In this document: in pieces, positions 51,599 to 62,503 of the stretch
Numbering within the stretch: the stretch's first letter is position 1
Layout: the number at the start of each line of letters is the position of its first letter
Origin: an uncultured delta proteobacterium
GTDB taxonomy: Bacteria > Myxococcota > Kuafuiibacteriia > Kuafuiibacteriales > Kuafuiibacteriaceae
DNA length: 64,000 nucleotides
Direction of reading: 5' to 3'
NCBI GenBank assembly: GCA_963803435.1
Contig: CAWDML010000002.1
Location: forward strand, 128,001 to 192,000
Notes under the pieces: generated by a model
Database searches by the model: none
Seen by the model: the letters and a program-made list of their open reading frames with translations, nothing else
Told to the model about the DNA's origin: nothing
Translations under genes and position numbers: made by a program

Positions 51599-53021
51599 CT
51601 ACTTTTTCATGCGGTCCGTATCGATCAGATCCTGGGCATTCGTGGGGAGGATCTTGATGACGCCGTCCTCGATGATCCCGACGCGTTTCTCACCGGTGCG
51701 CAGCGCAAACACCTCACCCTCCTGGTAGATGTTTCCGAGGCGGACATCGCCGAGGAGCGTGCCGCCGGCGTCGTAGAACCGCAGGCGGCGCGACGGGGGA
51801 TCCAGCATCCACTCCTTCAGGTCGCCCGGGCTCGCCGACTGCGTGTGGAAGCGCTTGGCCTTCAGTCGCCCGAACACGCGCACCAGGTTGTCGACCTTCC
51901 ACACCTGGGCCGGCGCCGCCTGGGGCTTCGTCATCGCCCAGTCGGTGCCGTCCGCGCTCCGCTCCAGCACCACGGTGATCCGGCCCAGATCGAGCTCGAC
52001 CTTGGCCGCGCGCTTGCGATCAAAACGAACGATGGTCCAATCCTTGAGCTCGTCCTTGCTCTTCGCCATCTGGTCCTGGACGAACTCGGGCACCTCCACC
52101 ACGGTCTTCGTCTCCACCACGTGGAGCACCGCGGTGCCCTTCTGATCGCCGGTCTCGAACGTCTTCCCGAATCTCGGCGGTCACGGCCGGCCCCTCCTTC
52201 GGGGTGACCTCGAGACGGAGCGGATGCTCGAGACCGTACTGGGGCGCGTCCTTCTCGCTGTAGTCGTCGGTGAGGAAGCGCCCGATCTTGAGGTGCTGGG
52301 TCAGCGCCACCAGGAAGATCTCGGCGCGCTCCGGATCCGCCGGCTGAACGCCCGTGCCGTCGGGATCCGCGAGCGTGTAGGCGTCCTCGCCGCGCTCGAG
52401 CTGGAAGCCGTCGGGGCCGGTGCGCACCACCCGCTTCACCTCGTCCGTCGCGAACGGGAAGACGCGACGCTCGCGAAAGTCGGAGAGCGGCTTGTCGAAC
52501 GCCCAGTAGAAGTCGAGGCTGGTCAGTCCGGCGGCGCGGTGATCGCCGTCGGTGATCGGATACATCTCCCGCAAGGGGTTCTTCGGTCCGACCAGGAGCA
52601 CGAACCTCCCCTTGGCGGTGTCGAGCGTCAGCCGCGTCCGGGGCTTGTCGAGGTGCCAGTTGCCGAGCAGCTTGGCGTCCGGATTTTCGACGCGCGACTC
52701 GGGCTCGAGCCGCGCGCCCACCATCTGGTTGATCGCGTCCTCGATGGCGCTCGGATCGGCGCGCCACTGGACCGGTTGGGAGATCTGCCAGAGGTGCGCC
52801 TCGTCGAGCGTGAACGTGATGGTGGCGCCGCGGGTCATCAGCTCGCCCGACTTCACGTCGTCGAGGCCGAACTCGGCGGGAAAGACGCGCTCCTTCTCCA
52901 CTTCGTCGTGGCGGCGTCGATTCGGGTCCTTGACGTCGTGGTGGAGCACGTAGACGCCGTAGCCGCCTGCGCCTCCGAAGAGGATCACGGCGGTCAGCAG
53001 CGTCCGGTGGATCCGCCTCAC
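51599..53021 (-). CDS. DUF4340-domain protein; +1 frameshift at ~52171
   Basis: N-terminal TM; repeated W....P....AD / YGLEHP / L.VG..NP units; follows a GldG-like gene. Confidence 0.8.
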
Positions 53022-54626
53022 TTCCTGCGCCTCACGGCCCACATGGAGAAGCCGAAGGCGACGATCAGGAGCGGGAGAAGGTTCACCGAGAAGAAGACCA
53101 CCCCGTAGTACTCCCAATCCGTGATCGTCAGGCGGGACGATCCGCGCTTGCGGGGGCGAATCGTGATCTTCTGCTCGTCGCCCATCGCCCAGTTGACCGC
53201 GTAGACGAAGAACAGCTCGTTGGCGGTCATCTGCGAGTACTTGTTGTTGATGAACTCGCTGTCGCCGACCACGACCATGCGCGCCTCGTTCGCGATCTTC
53301 TGCGGGTTGGCGGCGGTGACCTTGGTGCACGCCACGGCCACCGGCACCGGTCCGGGGATGTCCTTCTCGTCGCGGACCGCCTCGCCGCCGTCGCGGTAGG
53401 AGGTCTCGCCCCAGCTGGTGGGCCCGGTCTGCACCAGCGTGGTCACCGTGAGGTTCGCCAGCCCGACCTTCGGCTGCACGCTGCGCACGTTGTAGAAGAG
53501 CATCGCGCCGCCGGCGAGCTTCTCGGTGATCGGGTGGGCCTCGAACTTCTGGACGATGGGGACCGTCGGCCCGAAGCCGCCTGCGGCGTTCGACGCGGGA
53601 TCGACCACCAGATCGTCGTCGACCAGGACGCCGTATCGGCGCCGAGATCTGCTCCAGTCCCAGATCGACGCTCGGATCGAGCAGGATGACCGCGCGGCCG
53701 CCCTTGTCCAGCCAGACGCGGAGCGACTCCACCTCGTTGGGGAACAGCGTCCGCTTGCCGCCGGCCACGATCACCACCGAGGCATCCTTCGGGATGTTCT
53801 CCTTGTCGAGGAGCGAGAGCGGCTCCACCGCGATCCCCTCGTTCTTGAGGTTGGCCGCGGCGCGCGCATAGCCGTCGTCGCTGGCGTCGTCGAGCTGCGG
53901 CTCCTGGTGACCGGTGAGGAAGTACGCCTTGCGCTGGCCCTTCTCCGCGACCTTGATCAGCGCGTTGGTGATGTCCTCCTCGAGCGGTCCGGCGATCTTC
54001 GTGTACTGCCCGTTCTCCGCCATGAACACGATCGGTGGGCTGCGCGAGTCCATCTCGAACTTCTTGACCAGCGCCGGGTCCGGCGAGTCGGGGTTGATGA
54101 AGTCGAGCTCGAGCCGATCGGTGTGCTCCTTGTAGAGATCGATGGCCAGCCGGAGGGACTCGCGCATCGGGTCGCCGGGACGGAAGAAGCCGTAGACGGT
54201 CACCTTCTGGGAGAGGTCCGCGGCCGTCCCGATCGACTGCTCCTGGAGCGTGAACAGGCCGTCTCGGGTGAGGTCCCACTCCTTCTTGCTCTGCGCCGCG
54301 AAGTAGTTGGCGAGCGCGGCCGCCGCGATCACGCCGACCACGATGAGCGCCTCGAGCACCACGAAGGGCGTCGAGCGTCCGGCCACCGTGCGGCCCATGC
54401 GGCGGAAGTTGGTGGCGAGGTACGCGAGGAGCCCGACGGCCCCGAACACCACGTTCACCAGCGAGAGGGGGAGGACGTCCGGGTCGATCGCGTAGAGGAT
54501 GACGCCGAAGACGATGGCGGTCAGGCCGACCACGCCGAGCACCAGCCCGACCGTCTCGCGGATGGACAGCTCGACCAGCGCGCCCTCTGCGGATCGAACC
54601 TCCTTGGTCGGCTTCTCTACCGCCAT
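53018..54626 (-). CDS. GldG-like ABC transporter auxiliary component; frameshift at ~53640
   Basis: WDLTRDGLFTL, YFLTGHQE, WLDKGG, VVVGDSEF..N, C-terminal TM + RRRK. Confidence 0.88.
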
Positions 54627-55408
54627 CGATGCGACTCCACGACGCGATAGGTCAGGAACAAGAGCGTGGCGATGGTCGTCCCGAAGTACACCAGGTCCGC
54701 CGCCAGGATCCGCCCCTGGAGCCCGTGTGTCACGTGCCCGATCGGTGTCAGGTACTCGACGACCGCGCGCCAGTCACCGTCGAGACGGCCCGCGATCATC
54801 GGCAGCACGAACCCGAGCAGCAGCACCGCGAAGGTCAGGAGGGCCGCCACGATCTGCGACTCGGTCATCGCCGAGATCAAGAGACCGATCGCGCAGAAGC
54901 ACAGGCCGAGCATCACCATCGCGATGAAGCCCGACCAGACCGGCGCCCACTCCACCGGGCTGCCGCCGGGCGACGTCCCGTACCGGTGGAGGATCATGGG
55001 GAACACCAGCGGGATGCAGTTCATGATCAGGATCATGACGCTCACGCCGAAGAACTTGCCGATCACCATCTCCAGCGAGGTGATCGGCGCCGTCATCAAG
55101 AGCTCGAAGGTCCGGTTCTGCTTCTCTTCGGCGAACAGGCGCATGGTCAGGAACGGGACGAAGAAGAGGAACATCCAGAGGCCGCTCGAGAGCATGGGCG
55201 TGATGATCGCGTCGTTGAAGTTGAGCTGATCGAGGAGCTCGGGGCGCCGCTGATCGATGAACTTGGTGGTGAACTCCTGGTAGCGATTCAGCGCCGAGAT
55301 GAAGAGCAGGCCCATGAGGAACGCAAAGGCGCCGAAGCCGGCGTAGCCGACGACCGTGGTGAAGTAGATCGACAGCTCCTTGCGCGCGATCGTGATGATG
55401 TTTCTCAT
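54617..55408 (-). CDS. ABC transporter permease (GldF-like)
   Basis: IARKELSIYF; TMRLFAEEKQNRTFELLMTAP; TESQIVAA. Confidence 0.92.
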   Translation of the reverse strand: MRNIITIARKELSIYFTTVVGYAGFGAFAFLMGLLFISALNRYQEFTTKFIDQRRPELLDQLNFNDAIITPMLSSGLWMFLFFVPFLTMRLFAEEKQNRTFELLMTAPITSLEMVIGKFFGVSVMILIMNCIPLVFPMILHRYGTSPGGSPVEWAPVWSGFIAMVMLGLCFCAIGLLISAMTESQIVAALLTFAVLLLGFVLPMIAGRLDGDWRAVVEYLTPIGHVTHGLQGRILAADLVYFGTTIATLLFLTYRVVESHRWR

Positions 55409-56121
55409 GACACCGCCAGCTTCGCGAAGATCTGCTCGAGCGGAGCCTGGTGCTCGTTCTCGAGCTCCTCCAGCGGAGCGTCGGCGACGATCCGACCCTG
55501 CGCGATCATGATGATCCGCTGGCAGGTGGCCTTGACCTCGCTGAGGATATGCGTGGAGAGGATGATGGTGTGCTTTTTCGAGTCGCCGAGCTCCTTGATC
55601 AGCTTGCGGACCTGCTCGATCTGGATCGGATCGAGCCCGACCGTGGGCTCGTCGAGGATCAGGACCTCCGGGGATTTGAGCAGCGCCTGGGCCAGCCCGA
55701 CGCGCTGCCGGTAGCCCTTCGAGACGTTACGGATCAGCCGCCCGAGGATGTGGTCGACGCCGGCGCGGCCGGCGACGCGCTCGATCTCGGGCTTGATCTC
55801 CTGGCCGCTTACGCCCTTGAGCCGGGCCACGAAGGCCAGGTAGCCGCGGACCGTCATGTCTAAATAAACCGGTGGAATCTCAGGTAGATAGCCGATCCTC
55901 CGCTTGACCTCGATCGGGTGCTCGAACACGTCGATCCCGCCGATCTTCACCTCGCCCGCGGTGGCCGGCATGTAGCCGGCGATGATCCGCATCGTCGTGC
56001 TCTTGCCCGCGCCGTTCGGTCCCAGGAAGCCGACGATCTCTCCGCGGTCGACGGTGAAGTGGAGGTTCTCCACCGCCACGTTGTCGCGATAGCGCTTGGT
56101 GAGCCCACGGACCTCGATCAT
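55405..56121 (-). CDS. ABC transporter ATP-binding protein (GldA-like)
   Basis: GPNGAGKST, SKGYRQRVGLAQA, ILDEPT, STHIL. Confidence 0.95.
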   Translation of the reverse strand: MIEVRGLTKRYRDNVAVENLHFTVDRGEIVGFLGPNGAGKSTTMRIIAGYMPATAGEVKIGGIDVFEHPIEVKRRIGYLPEIPPVYLDMTVRGYLAFVARLKGVSGQEIKPEIERVAGRAGVDHILGRLIRNVSKGYRQRVGLAQALLKSPEVLILDEPTVGLDPIQIEQVRKLIKELGDSKKHTIILSTHILSEVKATCQRIIMIAQGRIVADAPLEELENEHQAPLEQIFAKLAVS

Positions 56122-56257
56122 TCCAAGACCGCGAAAGGCATTAAGGTTCACCCAGATTGCTGTCAAGGTGCATGCCGCACCGCGTAAACGGGCGTCGATC
56201 GGAGCCGCGCCATGATCTTGTCGGAGAAGCCGCCATCCATGTGCTATACGCGCTCGG

Positions 56258-56929
56258 ATGAGCGCTGGGGGGCAGCTCGCACGTCGTCGGATCTGCGTCG
56301 CGCGAAACCATGCGTCCGGCCCGGTCCGGGCCCTGGCCGAGGCACAAGGCCACGAAGTGATCGAGTTCGAGGACGAGGGCCACATCGACCTGATCGTCGT
56401 GGATGGGGACGAGGTCCATCCGCTGCAGGCGAGCATGCGCGGCGTTCCCGTGCTGGTCCTATCCGCACGCCGCCTTCGTGATCCCGAGATCACCGATCTC
56501 AAGCGGGGCGGCGCCACGCGCGTGCTCGACGGAGATGCGAGCCTCCTCGAGCTGGCCTTCGCCTTCTCCGATCTCTTGTTCGACACCCGGCTCGAACAGC
56601 GGCGGTACGCCAAGCGCCTCGGTGGCGTCAGCGTCGAGGTCCTCGCACCCCACGACGGCAAGACGTGTTCGGGAAGCCTCCTCGGTATCGCTCGCTGCGG
56701 CGCGATCCTCCTGACGCGACAGCCGATCTCCGAGGGGACGCGCCTCGAGATGCGCTTCGAGCTGGCGGAGTGCGCGGTAGCGCTGCGCGGCCGTGTCGCT
56801 TATGTCGACGAAGAGAACCAGCACGTCGGCATCGAGTTCGCGCTCGACGAGGCGGTCTCCCCCAAGCTGAGCGAGCTCGCGCAGTCCTCTCGCAGGGTTG
56901 CCCTCGGCCAGGCCCGTATTTCGGTCTGA
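56258..56929 (+). CDS. PilZ-domain protein with degenerate receiver-like N-terminus
   Basis: EQRRYAKR; [12 protein letters not shown]; N-terminal DLIVVD..VPVLVLS. Confidence 0.7.
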   Translation: MSAGGQLARRRICVARNHASGPVRALAEAQGHEVIEFEDEGHIDLIVVDGDEVHPLQASMRGVPVLVLSARRLRDPEITDLKRGGATRVLDGDASLLELAFAFSDLLFDTRLEQRRYAKRLGGVSVEVLAPHDGKTCSGSLLGIARCGAILLTRQPISEGTRLEMRFELAECAVALRGRVAYVDEENQHVGIEFALDEAVSPKLSELAQSSRRVALGQARISV

Positions 56930-57024
56930 GCCGAGGCAGACCGACACGATCCTCCGAGCGCCGTCAGCCCCATCCACTTGGTACGCGGGTCGCAATCGAA
57001 AGACAGCTGAAAGGAGGTCCCAGC

Positions 57025-57207
57025 ATGTTGCGTTGGGCCATCGGTTTCTTTGTGCTGGCGTTGATCGCGGCGCTCTTCGGATTCGGAGGGATTGCTGCGG
57101 GCGCGGCCGGCATCGCCAAGCTCCTCTTCTGGGGCTTCGTGATTCTGTTTGCAGTCTCGCTCGTTGTGGGTCTGGTGAGCGGCCGGACGCCCCGTGTGCT
57201 TCCCTAG
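57025..57207 (+). CDS. DUF1328 (YtjA-like) small membrane protein
   Basis: AGGAGG RBS; [35 protein letters not shown]. Confidence 0.92.
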   Translation: MLRWAIGFFVLALIAALFGFGGIAAGAAGIAKLLFWGFVILFAVSLVVGLVSGRTPRVLP

Positions 57208-57346
57208 CCTTTAGCGCGAGTGGAGCGGGCGGCGTGATCTCCGCGTTCGAGGAAGCGCTCGATCGATCGTATCGGTGCGCTTCCTCGTCCGCGGGCGCGA
57301 TCACCACCGGCTTGTCTTCGAAGGAGCTGCGTGGAAGAACGCAGGC

Positions 57347-58141
57347 ATGCTGCCCTCGACCTCCACGACCTTCCTGGCGGCGGCGCTGCTGCTGCTGCTC
57401 CCCGCCTCCGCGGGCGCCGCGATCAAGACGAAAGAGCTCACCTACAAGCAAGGCGGGACCGAGCTTCAGGGCTTCGTCGCCTGGGACGACGCTGCCAAGG
57501 GCAAGCGTCCCGGCATTCTCGTCGTGCACGAGTGGTGGGGCCACAACGCGCATGCGCGGGCTCAGGCCACCCGTCTGGCGAAGGCCGGCTACGTGGCCCT
57601 GGCGCTCGACATGTATGGCAAGGGCAAGGTCACCCAGCACCCTGACGACGCACAGAAGTTCATGCAGGAGGCCCTGAAGGATCCGGCGGTGATGAAGGCC
57701 CGCTTCGACGCCGCCCTGGCTCTGCTGAAGAAGCAGCCGGAAGTCGACGCCGCCAAGATCGGCGCGGTCGGCTACTGCTTCGGAGGCGGCGTCGTGCTCG
57801 GCATGGCGCGCGCAGGCGAAGACCTGGGCGCTGTGGTCTCGATCCACGGCTCGCTCGCCACCAAGTCGCCGGCCCAGCCGGGCAAGGTGAAGGCGCGGAT
57901 CCTGGTCATCCAGGGTGAGGCGGATCCGATGGTGCCGGCGGCGCAGGTCGAGGCGCTCAAGAAGGAGATGACCGCCGCCCACGCGAAGTTCGAGGTCGTG
58001 ACCTTCCCCGGCGTGAAGCACGGCTTCACGAACCCTGACGCCGACAAGGCGGGTGTGCCCGGGCTCGCCTACGACGCGGACGCCGACAAGAAGTCCTTCG
58101 ACATGATGGTGAAGCTGTTTCGCGAGACGTTCGGAAAGTGA
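57347..58141 (+). CDS. Secreted dienelactone hydrolase family protein
   Basis: Signal peptide; HEWWG, GYCFGG, HGFTNP. Confidence 0.93.
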   Translation: MLPSTSTTFLAAALLLLLPASAGAAIKTKELTYKQGGTELQGFVAWDDAAKGKRPGILVVHEWWGHNAHARAQATRLAKAGYVALALDMYGKGKVTQHPDDAQKFMQEALKDPAVMKARFDAALALLKKQPEVDAAKIGAVGYCFGGGVVLGMARAGEDLGAVVSIHGSLATKSPAQPGKVKARILVIQGEADPMVPAAQVEALKKEMTAAHAKFEVVTFPGVKHGFTNPDADKAGVPGLAYDADADKKSFDMMVKLFRETFGK

Positions 58142-58149
58142 GACGCGCC

Positions 58150-60117
58150 TCAGGGGAGCTCGTGCACCAGCACCGAGAGATCGAGCCTCAGGTTGCTCTC
58201 GACGTCGAACGAGATGTCGGTGTTGCAGATCAGCGCGTTGTCTCCGTCCCGCACCTGCGCCGTGTAGAAACCTGACGCGGTGCCCATCTCCGCGCCGACC
58301 GGTGCGCCCTTGAGGACCTCGGACCACCACATGGGCGGCGCGCCGGTCTTGCGCGCATAGAGTAGATCGATGTTCGTCGGATCCTGATACGCGATCGCGG
58401 GGGCGCCGTTGCGATCGAAGATCAGCGAGGCGTCGGCGCCGACCAGCCGGAGATCCGGCGGCGTGATGCCGTCGTCGACGATCTCGCGCGAGCCGGTGGT
58501 GAGATCGAAGTACACGAGGTCGGCGTTGGTGGCGTCGTAGTAGGCGATGGCGGCGTTGCCTGTGCCGTCGACCGCGATGCTGCAGTGCTGGCCGACGTCG
58601 GTCGGGTTCATCGGATCGTCGCCGTCCACGGTGGCCAGCGTGAAGGTGCCGTCGCCGTTGCCGGTGGCCAGCCGCAGGTCACCCTGGAGCCGATCGTAGT
58701 ACGCGATCAGCGGGCGGCCGGAGCCGTCGAAGGCGAGGTCGGCGAAGAGTCCGGTGCCGGCGATCAGATCGGTCAGCGGCGCCACCTTGTACTCGGGCTC
58801 GCAGCTGGCGGTGCCGGCGACGTCGACGCAGCGCTCGTCCGAGGCGCAGGCGTTTGCGCAGTCTGCCCGCATGGGGAGGCACTCGGGCGCCGCGCCGCCG
58901 GCGTCCACGCACTCCTGGCCGCCGGGGCAGCCGCCCATGCAGATCGGCGGCGGCTTGGGCGCCGTGTCGACGAACCAGATCTCCCAGTCGCTGGCAGTCG
59001 CCGGCTTGGGCGTGAACGCGTGGGCCAGCTTCACGCCGGTGCGCGGCGTCGGATCACCCTCGAGCGTACCGTCGGCCATCATGTACGCGATCCAGGGGCT
59101 GCCGTCGGGTCCCAGGGCGATGCTGGTGTAGAGGCCGACCTGGGACGATTCGTCGACGACCGTCGAGATCCACTCGCCGTCCTCGAAGCGCGCGTACTTG
59201 AGGCGCCCGGCCTCGTGGTCGTAGTACGCGACGTGGAAGACGTCGTGGACGCCGTCGCTGGCGATCGAGCTGTGCTCGCCGACGTTGGGACCGGGCTCGA
59301 CCCGGCCGCCGCGCGGGCCTTCGGGGTTGGCGACGATCGGTCCGGTGGTGGGGAAGCCGTCGACGTACTGGAGATCGAGGCGCGCCCCGTCGTGATCGAA
59401 GATCCCGACCGCGAGGTCGCCGTAGATCGGATCGTACGCGCTCACGAACACCAACGTCGGGCTGGCGGCGATGGCGGCGTAGAAGCCGGGCTCGCCGGGG
59501 AGCACGGGGGGGAGGGTCTCGCAGGCACACTCGACGAGGCAGCACATCCGGCCGGACATCGAGTCCGGATCCGCGACCACCAGCATCTGACCGGGCGCGC
59601 AGGAGAGGGCGCACTCCGACTCCTCGAAGCACGTGTTCGAGTCGACGTCGCAGACCTGACCGGAAGCGCAGCCGCCGTCGCACGGAGCGTAGAGCACGCA
59701 GCGACCGGCAAAGCAGGAGCGACCGCCGTCGCAGTCGGCGTCGCCGGCGCACGTCTGGGTACCGGCGGCGGAGATCGCGTTGCCCTTGTTCGGATAGCCG
59801 CAGTACTGGCCGCCGCGGAAGTCGATGCAGGCCTGCCCGGGGACGTCGAAGCAGTCCTCGTCGGCGGTGCACGACACGTACTGATCGGCGCAGAAACCGG
59901 CCGCGACGTTGCACTTCTGGCCGGGGCAGCAGTCGGCGTCGATCTGGCAGCGGGCCGCCTTGCACTCGCCGCGGCGATACTCGAAGCCGGCCGGGCACTC
60001 GAAGCTCGGCTCGCAGCTCCCCGGAGTGTGGGGGACCAGGATCTCGTCCTCGCAGCTGCAGCGGGTGAGGGCGCCTGCACAGAGCGTCAGGAGCGCGAGT
60101 GTTCGAACGGGTCGCAT
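58150..60117 (-). CDS. Cys-rich lipoprotein with beta-propeller domain
   Basis: CSC lipobox; many C..D.DC repeats; VG.YTSIA..D..P.IAY blades. Confidence 0.85.
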   Translation of the reverse strand: MRPVRTLALLTLCAGALTRCSCEDEILVPHTPGSCEPSFECPAGFEYRRGECKAARCQIDADCCPGQKCNVAAGFCADQYVSCTADEDCFDVPGQACIDFRGGQYCGYPNKGNAISAAGTQTCAGDADCDGGRSCFAGRCVLYAPCDGGCASGQVCDVDSNTCFEESECALSCAPGQMLVVADPDSMSGRMCCLVECACETLPPVLPGEPGFYAAIAASPTLVFVSAYDPIYGDLAVGIFDHDGARLDLQYVDGFPTTGPIVANPEGPRGGRVEPGPNVGEHSSIASDGVHDVFHVAYYDHEAGRLKYARFEDGEWISTVVDESSQVGLYTSIALGPDGSPWIAYMMADGTLEGDPTPRTGVKLAHAFTPKPATASDWEIWFVDTAPKPPPICMGGCPGGQECVDAGGAAPECLPMRADCANACASDERCVDVAGTASCEPEYKVAPLTDLIAGTGLFADLAFDGSGRPLIAYYDRLQGDLRLATGNGDGTFTLATVDGDDPMNPTDVGQHCSIAVDGTGNAAIAYYDATNADLVYFDLTTGSREIVDDGITPPDLRLVGADASLIFDRNGAPAIAYQDPTNIDLLYARKTGAPPMWWSEVLKGAPVGAEMGTASGFYTAQVRDGDNALICNTDISFDVESNLRLDLSVLVHELP

Positions 60118-60167
60118 GGGAGGCTTACCCAAGGATTTCAGGCCGGTACGACCCCAAAACGCAATCC

Positions 60168-61308
60168 TCACCCTGACCGGACCTGCGCCAGGGTGCCCGG
60201 GAGCACCGCGATCAGGTGATCGATGTCGGCGTCGGTGGTCGCCCACCCGAGCGAGAACCGCACCGCGGAGAGGGCTTCCTCCGGCCGATAGCCCATCGCG
60301 GTGAGCACGTGGGACGGCTCGAGGCTGCCGCTCGAGCAGGCGCTCCCGCTGGAGGCGGCGACGCCGGCCAGGTCGAGGGCCTCGAGCAGGGACTCGTCGG
60401 CCACCCCGTCGAAGACGGCGGTGGTGGTGTTGCCGGCGCGGGTCCGCCCCACGACGTGCGCCCCGGGGAGCGCGGCGAGACAGGCGTCGATCCGGGCCAC
60501 CCGGGCCGCGCTCCGCGCGATCTCTTCGGTGCGCCCGGCGATCGCGCGCTCGAGCGCCGCCGCCATCCCGACGGCGTGGGCGACCGGCTCGGTCCCGGCG
60601 CGACGACCGCGCTCCTGCGGCCCGCCGACGATCGCCGGCGCCATCGGGACGGCCTCGGAGAGCGCGAGCACTCCGATCCCTTTGGGCCCGCCGAGCTTGT
60701 GGCCCGAGAGAGAGATTCAGATCGGCGTCGAGCGGGAGCTCGACCCGCCCGGCGGCCTGCACCGCGTCGACGTGCACGCGCGCGCCCCGTGCGTGCGCCC
60801 GCGCGATCACCTGGTCGATCGGCGTGACCACGCCCGTCTCGTTGTTCACCGCCATGATCGAGACGAGGGCGGTCGGCGTCGCAAGCGCACGCTCCAGGCG
60901 CTCCAGATCGACGATCCCGTCCCGGTCCACCGGGACGCGCTCGACCTCGACACCCCGCGCCGCCAGCGCTTCGGCCGCCGACAGCACCGCCGGGTGCTCG
61001 ACGGCCGACACCACCAGCCGCCGCGTGGTCGTGGCGCGGTGGAGCATCACGCCGAACAGCGCCAGGTTGTCGGCCTCGGTGCCTCCGCTGGTGAACACGA
61101 TCTCGCTCGGCTTCCGCGAGAGCAGCCGCGCGATCGAGGTCCGCGCCGACTCGAGCGCGCGCCGCGCTTGCTGGCCGGCCCAGTGCACCGAGGACGCGTT
61201 CCCGAAGCGTCCCTCCGACGGATCGCCGAACAAGATCGGCGTCATCGCGTCCCGCACCTCGGGTCGAACCGGCGCGGTCGCGTTGTAGTCGAGGTAGACG
61301 CGGGTCAT
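60168..61308 (-). CDS. iscS: Cysteine desulfurase (IscS/NifS class I); +1 frameshift at ~60716
   Basis: YLDYNATAP, GNASSVH, FTSGGTEADN, NNETG, HVDAVQ, SGHKLGGPKG after correction, SSGSACSSG. Confidence 0.9.
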
Positions 61309-62471
61309 TCCGACCCGTTCTTCTTGAACAGCGGGGGCGGCGGATCGTCGGCGGTCGACGAGGCATCCTTGGGGCTGACCAGGCGCTGGAAGTGGCGGAA
61401 GTCCTGGCCGAACGCCTGCACGATCTGGCTGACCAGCCGCCGGCGAAGATCCGCGCGCGCGCGCTGCGACTTGCCCGCCACCGGGATCCGCGCGCCGGCC
61501 ATCGGCCCGTGGCCGCCCGCGGTGCCCAGGCCCGCGCCGCAGACGATCCCGTGCAAGACGCGCCCTGCGTTCTTCTGCTTGGGGAGGCGCGTCCGGAGGG
61601 AGAGGAAGAGGTTCTCCTCGTACCAGCCGACCGCCAGGGCGTGCTTGACGTCCTCGACCTGGAGCAGGCGCTCGGCGACCTCGGCGCACAGGTCGGGCGT
61701 GTAGACCTCACCCAGATCGGAGACGATGAAGTTGCCGTAGATCTTTCCGCGGGTGAGCGCCTTGTTGAAGACCCGGAAATAGTCGAGCGGCACCTGCGGG
61801 TGTTCGATCTCGGACAGCAGCTTGTTGTCGGCCCGCGGCACCAGATAGAGGTACGCCGCCATGTCGGCCGGCGACGCCTCGCGCCCGAGGTTCTGCGTGT
61901 CGGTCTTGACCCCATAGAACAGGGCGGTGGCCACGTCGATGGGCGGCTCCAGACCGGAGGCCATCACCAGCTCGACGACCTTCGTCGAGGTGGCGCCATA
62001 ACCGCCGCCGACGTCGAAGAACGTGGGCTCTCCGCCGGGGAGCTCCCGCCGGAAGTGATGGTCCACCACGATGTCCGGGATCCGATCGGGAGGACAGTTG
62101 TGGTTGCCGGCCTCGGGTTGCGTGTCGAGCAGCGCCACCAGATCGAACTTGTCGAAGTCCTTCGGCGTGGTTCGCCGCAGCGGGATCCTGAGGACGCGGA
62201 TCATCGCCTTGTTCTCGGCCCGTCCGATGACGCCGCCGTATCCGATCTGCGTCTCCAGGCCCTCGAGCTTCTCCAGGAGCCACGCCAGTCCGAGCGCGGA
62301 TGCAATCGTGTCGGGATCGGGGAAGTCGTGCGTCTGCGCGAGGAGCGTCTTTTTTCCACGGGCGAGCGTCCGCAGCCGATCCAGCTTGGGTCGGGCGCGC
62401 TCGACGCATTCTTCCCTCGGGGAGGGGTCCACGGCACCTGGCAGTCTTGGAACTGCCGAGAATCCAGTCAA
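61305..62471 (-). CDS. DHH-family phosphoesterase (start uncertain)
   Basis: THDFPDPD, LLDT, VDHH, GVKTDT, AGGHGPMAG. Confidence 0.9.
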   Translation of the reverse strand: MTGFSAVPRLPGAVDPSPREECVERARPKLDRLRTLARGKKTLLAQTHDFPDPDTIASALGLAWLLEKLEGLETQIGYGGVIGRAENKAMIRVLRIPLRRTTPKDFDKFDLVALLDTQPEAGNHNCPPDRIPDIVVDHHFRRELPGGEPTFFDVGGGYGATSTKVVELVMASGLEPPIDVATALFYGVKTDTQNLGREASPADMAAYLYLVPRADNKLLSEIEHPQVPLDYFRVFNKALTRGKIYGNFIVSDLGEVYTPDLCAEVAERLLQVEDVKHALAVGWYEENLFLSLRTRLPKQKNAGRVLHGIVCGAGLGTAGGHGPMAGARIPVAGKSQRARADLRRRLVSQIVQAFGQDFRHFQRLVSPKDASSTADDPPPPLFKKNGSE

Positions 62472-62503
62472 GCACAGGTGGTGGCGATAGGGATGTTCCC
62501 ATT

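Noticed and set aside
52020-54626. 868-aa GldG-DUF4340 fusion ORF
   Set aside because: Produced by frameshifts at ~53640 and ~52171. The GldG-like C-terminus and stop lie in another frame (53018).
10207-60718. Many pseudogenes, or programmed frameshifting
   Set aside because: The genes are otherwise intact, there are no slippery heptamers, and the lesions share a GATC context. Sequencing error is the simplest explanation.
58150-61689. 1179-aa ORF joining cysteine desulfurase to a Cys-rich protein
   Set aside because: Artefact of the frameshift at ~60716; these are two separate genes.
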